A stretch of DNA of 64,000 bases from Bacillota bacterium (GTDB lineage: Bacteria > Bacillota > Clostridia > Saccharofermentanales > DTU023), in NCBI GenBank assembly GCA_023426575.1, contig JAFAAL010000012.1:68270-132269 (forward strand), read 5' to 3'. The translations under genes and the position numbers were made by a program. The notes beneath the pieces are model-generated. The model had not been told where the DNA came from and ran no database searches. It saw nothing but the letters and a program-made list of their open reading frames with translations. Within the stretch, counting starts at the first letter, position 1; every line of letters begins with the position of its first letter. Positions 55,001-63,492 of this stretch are shown here, in pieces.

Positions 55001-56890
55001 TTAGCGAATCTCCTTGTCCAGAATAGTCGCGAGACTCTCTTCGTCTAGGACGAGATCGAGCCCCCATGCGCTCGGATTCTGAAAGCTTAGAGGCGAGACC
55101 GTCTGGCGGTCGAGATGAGCAAAAGAGGGAAAGTAAAAGTTATATGGCTTCGGCCCCATACCAAACATAAGGCGAAATCCCTGACCTAAGAGGAGATCAA
55201 GAGCTTCTGGATAGTCATAAACGTGACCACCCTCTGGAAAGACCAGCGTCTGAAGGGACGTATTGAGCTCGAGCTCTTGCCAAGTCTCAAGAAATGCCGC
55301 AAGTTCTAATCGAAGCTCTTCCACGGTCAACTGATTGTAGAGCTCAGTGCCGACCCCCGCAGAAGCGGCTAAATAACCCCTGTAAATCAGAGCTTCTAAG
55401 AGCTCCCTGGCCTCTTTTCTCTCTTTTTGATAATCTTCATCATCCATCGTATACGGCTGCAGAGATAGATTCTGGCGCGCCTCATTTTGACGGGTCAGCT
55501 GTCTCTCATTGAGGATATAGCCAAGACAATCCTCCCCAAAATATAGGGAGATGACAGGCCGTCCCCCGTCGAAGACAAAATCTGGATGCTCTGCAATAAA
55601 CGCTTCCGTCAGGCCGAAGAGATTGTTGTCGGGAGCTAGCACCTGCTGAGACAATTTGTCGTAGAAGCCCAGAAATTGATCGTCGTGATAGACCAGCTTC
55701 TGCACCGTGCCATTGGCCTGGTTGAGGCTCGTATACGCCGCATTTTCAAAGAGAAGCAGCAGCGGCTTCTTCCCCTCTGGCACAATAATCTCCACGGGAC
55801 TTTCTGGATAGCGCAAGAAAATAGAGGGTCTGATCAAGACATATCCCTCGCTATAAAGCGCATCGAGGAGGCGCCGATATTCCTCTGGAAGCAATAGGTT
55901 ATTGGCCGCGTGCTGGTGCTTGCCATCGGCGCGAAAAGCGACATCTGCTCGGGCAATGAGTGGCCGAATGGCCAAGACGGGGACGGCCTCTGTCCACTTG
56001 CTGAGTTTAGCAGGGAGTTGCTCTTGCATTTTCTCGAGTTCTGCCTTGAGCTCAGAGCGCTCCGGAAAGACGCCGTACATGCGATCTATCAGTTTGCGAG
56101 CGCTATAGTAGCGACCGCGATCTCCCATCTCACGGGCGAGCTGCAAGAGGTTGGAATACTCTTTTTCCTGATAGGCCTTGAGATGAAATTCCGCATAATT
56201 TCGAGCAAAAGCCGCGAGATTTTGATCTTCGACAATATCCTGCCAATACTGCCAAGTGCGCTCCCAATCGCCTTTGGCCTCGATCTCCTTGGCCACTTTA
56301 AAACGCACAGTGGCAAGCTCGAGGCCTGCCTTCTGCTGATAGAGGTCGCTCAGCATGGGTTCTAGATTCTTGAGTCCCTGAAAAGCAGTGATCAGGGCCT
56401 CCCATTGCAGGGCGTCAATTTGACCATCGAGCCAGGCCTCGCTGCGCTCGTAGAGAAGTGGCATGATTTCGACTGCTGAGATGTCTTCGAGGCCTGATAT
56501 GTATTCTTTCTCTTCACTCGTCAAAGATTGTCCCGCCAGGACGCCTTCCAGAATCCTCCGAACATCATCTGACACGCGCTTTTCCATCTCGACTTGTATC
56601 TCTTTATAGGGAGAGGCCGCCTCCGGATCTACCTCCTCCACGGCAACCTTTTGCACTTGCCGGTAGAGCTCTCTCGCCCGGTCGTAGTCGGTGGCGGCAA
56701 TCGCCTCGACAAACTGATCATAGCGCCCCGTCGTATGGCGCTTCAGGTAGAGCCTGTAGCCGAAAAAAAAGCTCAGCGCCAGCAAAGCGATGAGAACGAG
56801 CGTCAAGGCAAATTTCTTCCGCCGCCCCGTCTTCTCTTCGTCCCTGTAAATATTGAGATTATTCTGATCCCACTTTATTTTCTTCTGCAC
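55001..56890 (-). CDS. Uncharacterised membrane-anchored protein: basic N-terminus, one TM helix, a helical repeat region, and a C-terminal domain of about 330 aa faintly resembling NodB-type polysaccharide deacetylases
   Basis: 629 aa with TM segment FALTLVLIALLALSFFFGY. The start lies 5 nt after the parC stop. The functional call is weak and made from memory of family patterns. Confidence 0.55.
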   Translation of the reverse strand: MQKKIKWDQNNLNIYRDEEKTGRRKKFALTLVLIALLALSFFFGYRLYLKRHTTGRYDQFVEAIAATDYDRARELYRQVQKVAVEEVDPEAASPYKEIQVEMEKRVSDDVRRILEGVLAGQSLTSEEKEYISGLEDISAVEIMPLLYERSEAWLDGQIDALQWEALITAFQGLKNLEPMLSDLYQQKAGLELATVRFKVAKEIEAKGDWERTWQYWQDIVEDQNLAAFARNYAEFHLKAYQEKEYSNLLQLAREMGDRGRYYSARKLIDRMYGVFPERSELKAELEKMQEQLPAKLSKWTEAVPVLAIRPLIARADVAFRADGKHQHAANNLLLPEEYRRLLDALYSEGYVLIRPSIFLRYPESPVEIIVPEGKKPLLLLFENAAYTSLNQANGTVQKLVYHDDQFLGFYDKLSQQVLAPDNNLFGLTEAFIAEHPDFVFDGGRPVISLYFGEDCLGYILNERQLTRQNEARQNLSLQPYTMDDEDYQKERKEARELLEALIYRGYLAASAGVGTELYNQLTVEELRLELAAFLETWQELELNTSLQTLVFPEGGHVYDYPEALDLLLGQGFRLMFGMGPKPYNFYFPSFAHLDRQTVSPLSFQNPSAWGLDLVLDEESLATILDKEIR

Positions 56891-56895
56891 AAAAC

Positions 56896-59151
56896 TTATT
56901 CCTCAAAGAGTGCTGCCAAGCTGATCTGGCGATCTTTAAAGCTCTCCGCCTTGATAAAGCGGCCGGCCGCGGGAAGCGTACGTATGCGATAGTACTCGCG
57001 TTCTTCAGGCTCAATGGGCAGGGCCTCAGCTGGCAATAAGTCTAAGAGCTTGTAGCCCTTTCGCTGGGCCATGACGCGAACCCCCTGAGAGGTTCTGGTA
57101 CTCATCAGGGGAATGAGATCAGAGTCGAAGAGAATCAGTCGATCCTGGCTGTTGCGCATCCAGTAATCTCCATTCCCCTCCGCTTCTTCCAGGTAAAAAA
57201 CACGGACGAGATCGGCGCCGCCATAGAAGGCTTTGACTAATTTTTTACGCTTCGTCTTGGTCATGTACTGCTTGAGCTCAATCTTGACGGCCCTCCCATC
57301 GGCAAAAGCCAAGAGCAGGTAGCCTGTAAACTCCTCGTCGGGGGCATGGAAAAAGAGAATCTCCTCCCCTGCTTCAAGCTCTAATTGATGCGCTAAGAAG
57401 GTCCCGAAGTCAGAAGGCTTATTGTCCTCGAGCTCATAGCCAAAGGTCTTATAGACGCGGGCCTGATTAGTGAAGAAGAGAATTTCCGACTTGTTCGAGG
57501 ACTCCTGCTCCCCGATGATTCGATCGCCCTCCTTGAGCTTCAAATCTCCCGCTGAGCGCAGTGAGGTCAGGGCGATTTTCTTGAAATAGCCCTCCTCCGT
57601 CAGGAAGTACTTGACATTGTAGTCAACGATCATTTCCTCATCACTGAGCGTTGGCACCTTTTCAGGGTGGACGAGCTCCGTCTGGCGCTCTTGGCCAAAT
57701 TTCTTTTGGCAGTATTTCAGCTCCTTGGCAATCTCTTTTCGAATGAGCTTTGAGCTCTCTATCGTCTTCTTAAGTTCTGCCGCCTTCTCTTCGAGATCTG
57801 AGATCTCGGCAATTCGCTTGATCAGGTACTCGCGATTCAAGTGGCGGAGTTTGATCTCAGCCACATATTCGGCCTGGCGCTCATCCATGTGAAAGGCCTG
57901 ACAGAGATTGGGAATGACGTCTCGCTCGAGCTCTGTTTGGCGGATGATCTTGATCGCCTTGTCGATGTCGAGGAGGACGAGTTCAAGAGCCTTCAGGAGA
58001 TGGAGCTGATTTTCGACCTTGCCAAGTTCAAAGGAGAATTGGCGGCGGAGGCAGCCCTCGCGCCAGTCGAGCCAGCGTCGAATCACCTCCTTGACTCCCA
58101 GAACCTCCGGATGATAGTCAAAGAGCACGTTGAGGTTCAAGGAAAATGATGATTCCATCGAAGTCAGGCGATAGAGCTTTTGCACGAGGAATTCAGGGTC
58201 TGCGGAGGCGCGATACTCGATCGCAATTTTCAGACCATTGAGGTCCGTCTCATCGCGAACGTCGGTCACTTCCTTGAGCTTTCCACGTTTGACCTGATTG
58301 GTGATGTCTTCAATGATATTTTCGACCTTGGTCGAATAGGGGATCTCGTAAACTTCGATCAAACGCTCCTTGGGCAGAATGCGATGCTTCGCTCTGAGAT
58401 AGAAAGTGCCGCGCCCCGTCTCATAGATCTTGCGCATCTTCTCTTCTTCATAGACGAGGCGGCCACCCGTCGGGAAGTCTGGCGCGGGCATGAGATCCAT
58501 AATCTCTGCCTCTGGATCATCGATCAGGGCAAGCGTCGCATTGACGAGCTCTGAGAGATTAAAAGAGCAGATATTCGAGGCCATGCCGACCGCGATTCCC
58601 TGCGTGTTATTGAGGAGGATCGTGGGGAGCATGACGGGCAGCAGCGTGGGCTCTTTGAGTGTCCCCGAGTAATTGTCGACAAAGTCGATCGCGTCCTTGT
58701 CAATCCCGGTAAAGAGCATCTCGGCCGTCTGGTCGAGCCGGCCTTCCGTATAACGGTAGGCAGCGTACTGCATATCCCGAGAATAGACACGCCCGAAGTT
58801 CCCCTTGCTGTCAATCCACGGCACGAGCAGGGCGCCATTGCCCCGGGTCATTCGCACCATCGTCTCGTAGATGGGCTGATCGCCGTGTGGGTGCAGAGCC
58901 ATCGTCTGTCCCACGATATCTGCCGACTTGGCCCTGCCGCCCTTCATCAGACCCATGCGGTACATGGTGTAGAGGAGCTTTCTATGAGAGGGTTTGAAGC
59001 CGTCGATCTCAGGCAGTGCCCGCGAGACGATGACCGACATCGCATAGGGCATGTAGTTTTCCTTAATGCTTTCTGTGATGCCTTGAATCTCAGGCTCCGC
59101 CTGGATGATCTCTCGCTTCTCTTCCTTTTCTGGCTTAGACTTCTTGGCCAT
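56896..59151 (-). CDS. parC: Type IIA topoisomerase subunit A (topoisomerase IV ParC-like, divergent clade)
   Basis: 751 aa with MPYAMSVIVSRALPEIDGFKPSHRKLLYTMY, HPHGD and the active-site Tyr region AAYRYTEGRL. I saw no QRRGGKG GyrA-box. Confidence 0.75.
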   Translation of the reverse strand: MAKKSKPEKEEKREIIQAEPEIQGITESIKENYMPYAMSVIVSRALPEIDGFKPSHRKLLYTMYRMGLMKGGRAKSADIVGQTMALHPHGDQPIYETMVRMTRGNGALLVPWIDSKGNFGRVYSRDMQYAAYRYTEGRLDQTAEMLFTGIDKDAIDFVDNYSGTLKEPTLLPVMLPTILLNNTQGIAVGMASNICSFNLSELVNATLALIDDPEAEIMDLMPAPDFPTGGRLVYEEEKMRKIYETGRGTFYLRAKHRILPKERLIEVYEIPYSTKVENIIEDITNQVKRGKLKEVTDVRDETDLNGLKIAIEYRASADPEFLVQKLYRLTSMESSFSLNLNVLFDYHPEVLGVKEVIRRWLDWREGCLRRQFSFELGKVENQLHLLKALELVLLDIDKAIKIIRQTELERDVIPNLCQAFHMDERQAEYVAEIKLRHLNREYLIKRIAEISDLEEKAAELKKTIESSKLIRKEIAKELKYCQKKFGQERQTELVHPEKVPTLSDEEMIVDYNVKYFLTEEGYFKKIALTSLRSAGDLKLKEGDRIIGEQESSNKSEILFFTNQARVYKTFGYELEDNKPSDFGTFLAHQLELEAGEEILFFHAPDEEFTGYLLLAFADGRAVKIELKQYMTKTKRKKLVKAFYGGADLVRVFYLEEAEGNGDYWMRNSQDRLILFDSDLIPLMSTRTSQGVRVMAQRKGYKLLDLLPAEALPIEPEEREYYRIRTLPAAGRFIKAESFKDRQISLAALFEE

Positions 59152-61163
59152 TAAATCGCCTCCAACATCTCGAGATAATCGGCTCCAAATTCAGCAATAT
59201 AATCCTTGCGACCATTGAGATTATCGCCGAGCAAAAGTTCAAAGGTCTCCGCCGTACTCTCCTTATCCTCTGGGAGGAGCTGGATCAGGCGCCTAGACTC
59301 AGGATTCATCGTCGTCTCCCACATCATCTCTGGCTCATTTTCACCGAGTCCCTTGGAGCGCTGAATATGGACCTTCTTATCTGCTCCGATGACGTTGAGG
59401 AGTTCTTGCTTCTCATGTTCGGAATAGGCAAAGTAAGTGCGCTCCTTGCCCTTGTCCGCATAGGAGATCTCAAAGAGCGGCGACTCCGCTATATAAACTT
59501 TTCCAGCCTCGATAAGACTTGGAATCAGCCGGTAGATCATGGCAAGGATCAGCGTCCTGATCTGGAAGCCGTCGACATCAGCATCCGTACAGATGATGAT
59601 CTTGTCCCAGCGCAGTTGCTCAAGGTCAAAGGAATCAAGCTTCGTATTCGCCTTGGTATTGATCTCGACGCCACAGCCGAGAATTTTTAAAAGATCGACT
59701 ATGATCTCATTTTTAAAGATTTGGTTGAGGTCAGCCTTGAGGCAGTTCAAGATCTTGCCGCGCAGCGGGATCACCGCCTGATATTCGGCATCTCGCGCCA
59801 TTTTGACGGAGCCGAGGGCTGAATTGCCCTCCACGATATAGAGTTCTCTCCGATTTTTATCCTTGGTCCTGCAGTCGACAAAATTCTTGACACGATTCAG
59901 CATATTGTCGACATTTCCAGAGAGCTTCTTACGGATGTTCACCCGCTGTTTTTCTGCCTGCTCGCGACTCCTCTTATTGACCAGAATCTGCTCTAAGACG
60001 CGCTCGCTGGCAAGCTTATTCTCAATCAGCCAGACGGTGAGCTTCTCCTTGACAACATCTGTGATAAAGCGCTGGATGAAGCGGTTATTGATCGCCTTCT
60101 TCGTCTGATTCTCGTAAGAAGTAAAGGTTGAAAAGGACGAGAGAACGAGGACTAGCGAGGCCTCGATGTCCGTGAAGCTGACCTTGCTCTCCCCCGCTTT
60201 ATACTTAGAGCGCTCCTTGAGCTCGTTGTCGATCACAGAGACAAAAGCCGAGCGAATCGCCCGATCTGGGGAGCCCCCGTATTCGAGGAAAGATGAGTTG
60301 TGATAGTATTCAATGCCCTGATGCTCTCGGCAAAAACAATAGGCCAGTTCAAATTTCAGCTTGTACTCAGACTTATCCTCGCGGTCCTTCCCTCGCCCCT
60401 CAGCCTCAAAGTATTCGATCTCCATCAGGCCGTCCTCGCCCGCGAGCTCTTGCACATAGCCCTCGGTGCCATTGGGATAGACGATATCTTCTTCAGTCTT
60501 TTCAGAACCACGCTCATTGATCAGTCTAAAGGTCACCCCTCGATTGACAATGGCCTGTTTTTTCAAGACTTCACGAACGAAATCAGCACTGATATCAATT
60601 TCTGTAAAGACCTCGAGGTCTGGCTTCCAGCGCTGGCGCGTGCCCGTCTTGCGACTATTTGTCTCCTCTTTGACGAGTCCTCCGACGTTCTCGCCGTGTT
60701 CAAAGTTCAGGCGATAGACATAGCCATCTCGGCGCACCTCAACCTCAAAAAACTCTGAGGCATATTGCGTCGCACAGGCTCCGAGGCCATTGAGACCTAG
60801 GCTATAGCCATAGGACTCGCCTTCATTATTACGGTATTTACCGCCGGCGTAGAGCTCACAGTAGACGAGCTCCCAATTGTAGCGCTGCTCCGAGCTATTC
60901 CAGTCGAGAGGGATTCCGCGCCCGAAGTCTTCCACCTCGATGACGTAATCTTTTAAGAGGCGAACAATGATGAGATTGCCGTAGCCCTCCCGGGCCTCAT
61001 CGATAGAGTTTGAGAGAATTTCAAAGAAGGCGTGCTGGCAGCCCTTGAGATCATCTGAGCCAAAGATGACAGAGGGGCGCTGGCGCACCCGCTCAGCTCC
61101 CTTGAGAGATGAGATACTCTCATTGTCATAAGTACTCGTCTGATGAAGTTTTGCTTCACTCAT
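59151..61163 (-). CDS. parE: Type IIA topoisomerase subunit B (ParE-like, divergent clade)
   Basis: 670 aa with a GHKL ATPase (FEILSNSIDEA, GLNGLG) and a Toprim domain (ELYIVEGNSALGS, ICTDADVDGFQI); GGAGG lies upstream. Confidence 0.75.
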   Translation of the reverse strand: MSEAKLHQTSTYDNESISSLKGAERVRQRPSVIFGSDDLKGCQHAFFEILSNSIDEAREGYGNLIIVRLLKDYVIEVEDFGRGIPLDWNSSEQRYNWELVYCELYAGGKYRNNEGESYGYSLGLNGLGACATQYASEFFEVEVRRDGYVYRLNFEHGENVGGLVKEETNSRKTGTRQRWKPDLEVFTEIDISADFVREVLKKQAIVNRGVTFRLINERGSEKTEEDIVYPNGTEGYVQELAGEDGLMEIEYFEAEGRGKDREDKSEYKLKFELAYCFCREHQGIEYYHNSSFLEYGGSPDRAIRSAFVSVIDNELKERSKYKAGESKVSFTDIEASLVLVLSSFSTFTSYENQTKKAINNRFIQRFITDVVKEKLTVWLIENKLASERVLEQILVNKRSREQAEKQRVNIRKKLSGNVDNMLNRVKNFVDCRTKDKNRRELYIVEGNSALGSVKMARDAEYQAVIPLRGKILNCLKADLNQIFKNEIIVDLLKILGCGVEINTKANTKLDSFDLEQLRWDKIIICTDADVDGFQIRTLILAMIYRLIPSLIEAGKVYIAESPLFEISYADKGKERTYFAYSEHEKQELLNVIGADKKVHIQRSKGLGENEPEMMWETTMNPESRRLIQLLPEDKESTAETFELLLGDNLNGRKDYIAEFGADYLEMLEAI

Positions 61164-61412
61164 TGTCGCCTCCGTCTAAGCGCGTCCGCAAAAAACAATA
61201 GGACTTTTTACAAGCAAGCGCAGCATGACCCTTGCAAATAAGTCAGCTCTAGAAGTCCGTAAAATATGGGCTAGGGCTGACGATAAAGTCGCGAAACATT
61301 GATTTGTCAAGACCTAATTACACTTTTATTAAACTGGAGTATAGCAGATTTAAGCTTCAATGTGTCCAAAATCGCATCCAAAACTAAAAGACATAAGGAT
61401 TTTGAGCAAATC

Positions 61413-61441
61413 AAAAGGCCTAGAAAATAATTCCCTAGGCC
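61413..61441 (-). terminator. Intrinsic terminator after tRNA-Arg
   Basis: GGCCTAG (61417..61423) pairs with CTAGGCC (61435..61441) around an 11-nt loop, followed by TTTT on the minus strand. Confidence 0.6.
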
Positions 61442-61448
61442 ATTTTTC

Positions 61449-61525
61449 TGGTGAACGCAGCAGGACTCGAACCTGCGACCCACAGCTTAGAAGGCTGTTG
61501 CTCTATCCAACTGAGCTATGCGTCC
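61449..61525 (-). tRNA. trnR: tRNA-Arg (anticodon TCT)
   Basis: 77 nt: acceptor GGACGCA/TGCGTTC, anticodon loop CTTCTAA, T-loop TTCGAGT, and an encoded CCA. Confidence 0.92.
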
Positions 61526-61526
61526 G

Positions 61527-61600
61527 TGGAGCGGGTGATGGGAATCGAACCCACACGATCAGCTTGGAAGGCTGATGTTCTACCACTAAACTACACCCGC
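61527..61600 (-). tRNA. trnG: tRNA-Gly (anticodon TCC)
   Basis: 74 nt: acceptor GCGGGTG/CACCCGC, anticodon loop CTTCCAA, T-loop TTCGATT, and an encoded CCA. It lies 1 nt from tRNA-Arg. Confidence 0.92.
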
Positions 61601-61615
61601 ACGATTGCGCTAGCT

Positions 61616-61644
61616 ATGATAAGCCAATTAACAGTCTAGCGCAA
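61616..61644 (-). promoter_or_regulatory. Candidate promoter for the tRNA-Gly/tRNA-Arg pair
   Basis: Minus-strand TTGCGC (61644..61639), a 17-nt spacer, then TATCAT (61621..61616). It is embedded in a 9-bp inverted repeat TTGCGCTAG/CTAGCGCAA (61605..61613 with 61636..61644). Confidence 0.45.
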
Positions 61645-61658
61645 GTCTGATTATTCCC

Positions 61659-62198
61659 TTAGAGTCGCCCGTAGGCCTTGCGCTTGAAAATCGCTCCCAG
61701 CAGGAAGACAACGGATGTCGCAAGACCGATCACATTGCTCAAGCTAAAATCGGACAAGAGACTGACCAGTCCGAAGCCCGTGTAGATAATACTGACGACA
61801 AAGAAGAAGGTGAGAAATTTCTCGTCTCGATGGTGCTTGAGCAAGATGATGCCGAGCCAGATGCTGAAGCCGAGGAGAAGCAGCACGAGGATGGCAATGA
61901 GCAAGATGATCACTGAGCCAAAGGACCTGAACTCGGGGAGCGTCACAGGGAGTGGCGGCAAGTCTTGCATCATCTCGGGATTGTAGAACTGACTGTTAAA
62001 GAACGCGGCTATCCCAAAGAGAAAGATGAGAAAGAAAATACCAAGGATGGCACTTCCGACGATATAAAACCAACCAGAGATCCTCAGCAGAAGAGATGCT
62101 CTCTCTAGAGATTTGAGATCGACAGGCCTCATTCCTGGGTCAAAATACGGTGGATACGGATGGCCATTGGGCTGTACGTTGTTCATCTGCTCGTTCAT
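61659..62198 (-). CDS. Hypothetical integral membrane protein (about 4 TM) with a Pro/Tyr-rich N-terminus
   Basis: 179 aa with PNGHPYPPYFDPGMRP followed by four hydrophobic helices. I recognised no family motif. Confidence 0.55.
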   Translation of the reverse strand: MNEQMNNVQPNGHPYPPYFDPGMRPVDLKSLERASLLLRISGWFYIVGSAILGIFFLIFLFGIAAFFNSQFYNPEMMQDLPPLPVTLPEFRSFGSVIILLIAILVLLLLGFSIWLGIILLKHHRDEKFLTFFFVVSIIYTGFGLVSLLSDFSLSNVIGLATSVVFLLGAIFKRKAYGRL

Positions 62199-62295
62199 GC
62201 TCTTAATTCCTTCTGTGTTAATATTGAGTCACAAGAGGCCCCTGTTCCTCTCGCCCATCATATCACTACAGAATAAGCAAGGAAATATACGGCCT

Positions 62296-63492
62296 ATGAA
62301 ACGCTCATCGCTTCTCTTCACCTTCGCAGTCATTCTTCTTCTCGCTGGTATTTTCTATCTAGGCTATTTACACCTCAGTATGTCCATCGACGAAGCTCAG
62401 CCCCTTGAAGAGGCAAGTTCGCATAGGGAAGTTACAGAGGTGACGACAGTCATGAAGATTGCGGAGGCCGCAGAGAGTTCAACGAACGAAGGGAGCACAG
62501 GATTAGACCTCTCCGAATTCACGCTCGAGCAAAAAGTCGGACAGCTCTTCTTGATGGCTTTTCCCTCTGCTGATCAAGTGGATTTTGCAGTTCAAGCCCA
62601 GCTGGGTGGATTCCTCTTTTTTGCCCATGATTTCCAAAATCTCAGTGCTGACGAGATCAGAGAGCGTCACGAGAAGCTCCACCAATCCTTTAAGATTCCA
62701 CCCCTACTCGCCGTCGATGAAGAAGGGGGCACTGTCAACCGCGTGAGCATCCATCCACAACTTCGCAGCGAAGCCTATGCTGCGCCAGGCGAGCTCTATC
62801 GCCAAGGCGGCATCAACTTGCTCAGAACTGATGCTGAGGATAAGGCAGTCTTTTTAAAAGATCTAGGATTGAACCTCAACCTCTCCCCCTGTGCCGATGT
62901 CAGCCTGTATTCTGGAGACTTCATCTATGCTCGCAGTCTCGGGGCCTCGGCGAGTGAAACTGCCGACTATGTTCAAAATATGGTAGAGATTGCAAAGAAG
63001 AATTCCCTCATCTCTGCTCTCAAACACTTTCCAGGCTATGGCAATAACGGCGACAGTCACTTCGATGTCATCCGCGATGAGAGAGCCTGGTCAGACATTG
63101 AAAGAGAGGATCTTCAGCCATTTAGAGCAGGGATCAGAGCGGGGGTGCCCATCATCTTGGTCTCCCACAACATCATTGTCAACTTCGATCCCAATTGGCC
63201 AGCTTCTCTGTCACGAGATCTCCATCACTATCTCCGCGAGGAGCTGGCCTATTCTGGACTTATCATGACTGATGACCTCGCGATGGACGGCATTGCCGCA
63301 TTCGGTAGTCCTGCTGAATTGGCCATCCTGGCCATTGAAGCAGGTAACGATCTCATTTGCTCGCCCTACGCCCTCGAGCAGATTCCTGCCGTCATCGAAG
63401 CCGTGCGCTCAGGACGTCTCAGTGAGGATCAGATTGACGCATCCTTCAGACGCCTCCTCCAGCTCAAATGGGACTATGGCCTCTGGGATTAA
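62296..63492 (+). CDS. Glycoside hydrolase family 3 (beta-N-acetylhexosaminidase NagZ-like), membrane-anchored/secreted
   Basis: Start at ATG 62296 (MKRSSLLFTFAVILLLAG). Contains LLAVDEEGGTVNR, KHFPGYGNNGDSH and IMTDDLAMDG. Confidence 0.83.
   Translation: MKRSSLLFTFAVILLLAGIFYLGYLHLSMSIDEAQPLEEASSHREVTEVTTVMKIAEAAESSTNEGSTGLDLSEFTLEQKVGQLFLMAFPSADQVDFAVQAQLGGFLFFAHDFQNLSADEIRERHEKLHQSFKIPPLLAVDEEGGTVNRVSIHPQLRSEAYAAPGELYRQGGINLLRTDAEDKAVFLKDLGLNLNLSPCADVSLYSGDFIYARSLGASASETADYVQNMVEIAKKNSLISALKHFPGYGNNGDSHFDVIRDERAWSDIEREDLQPFRAGIRAGVPIILVSHNIIVNFDPNWPASLSRDLHHYLREELAYSGLIMTDDLAMDGIAAFGSPAELAILAIEAGNDLICSPYALEQIPAVIEAVRSGRLSEDQIDASFRRLLQLKWDYGLWD

Noticed and set aside
61360-61639. Plus-strand ORFs of 71 aa and 62 aa.
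   Set aside because: They are translations of the antisense strand of tRNA-Arg and tRNA-Gly.
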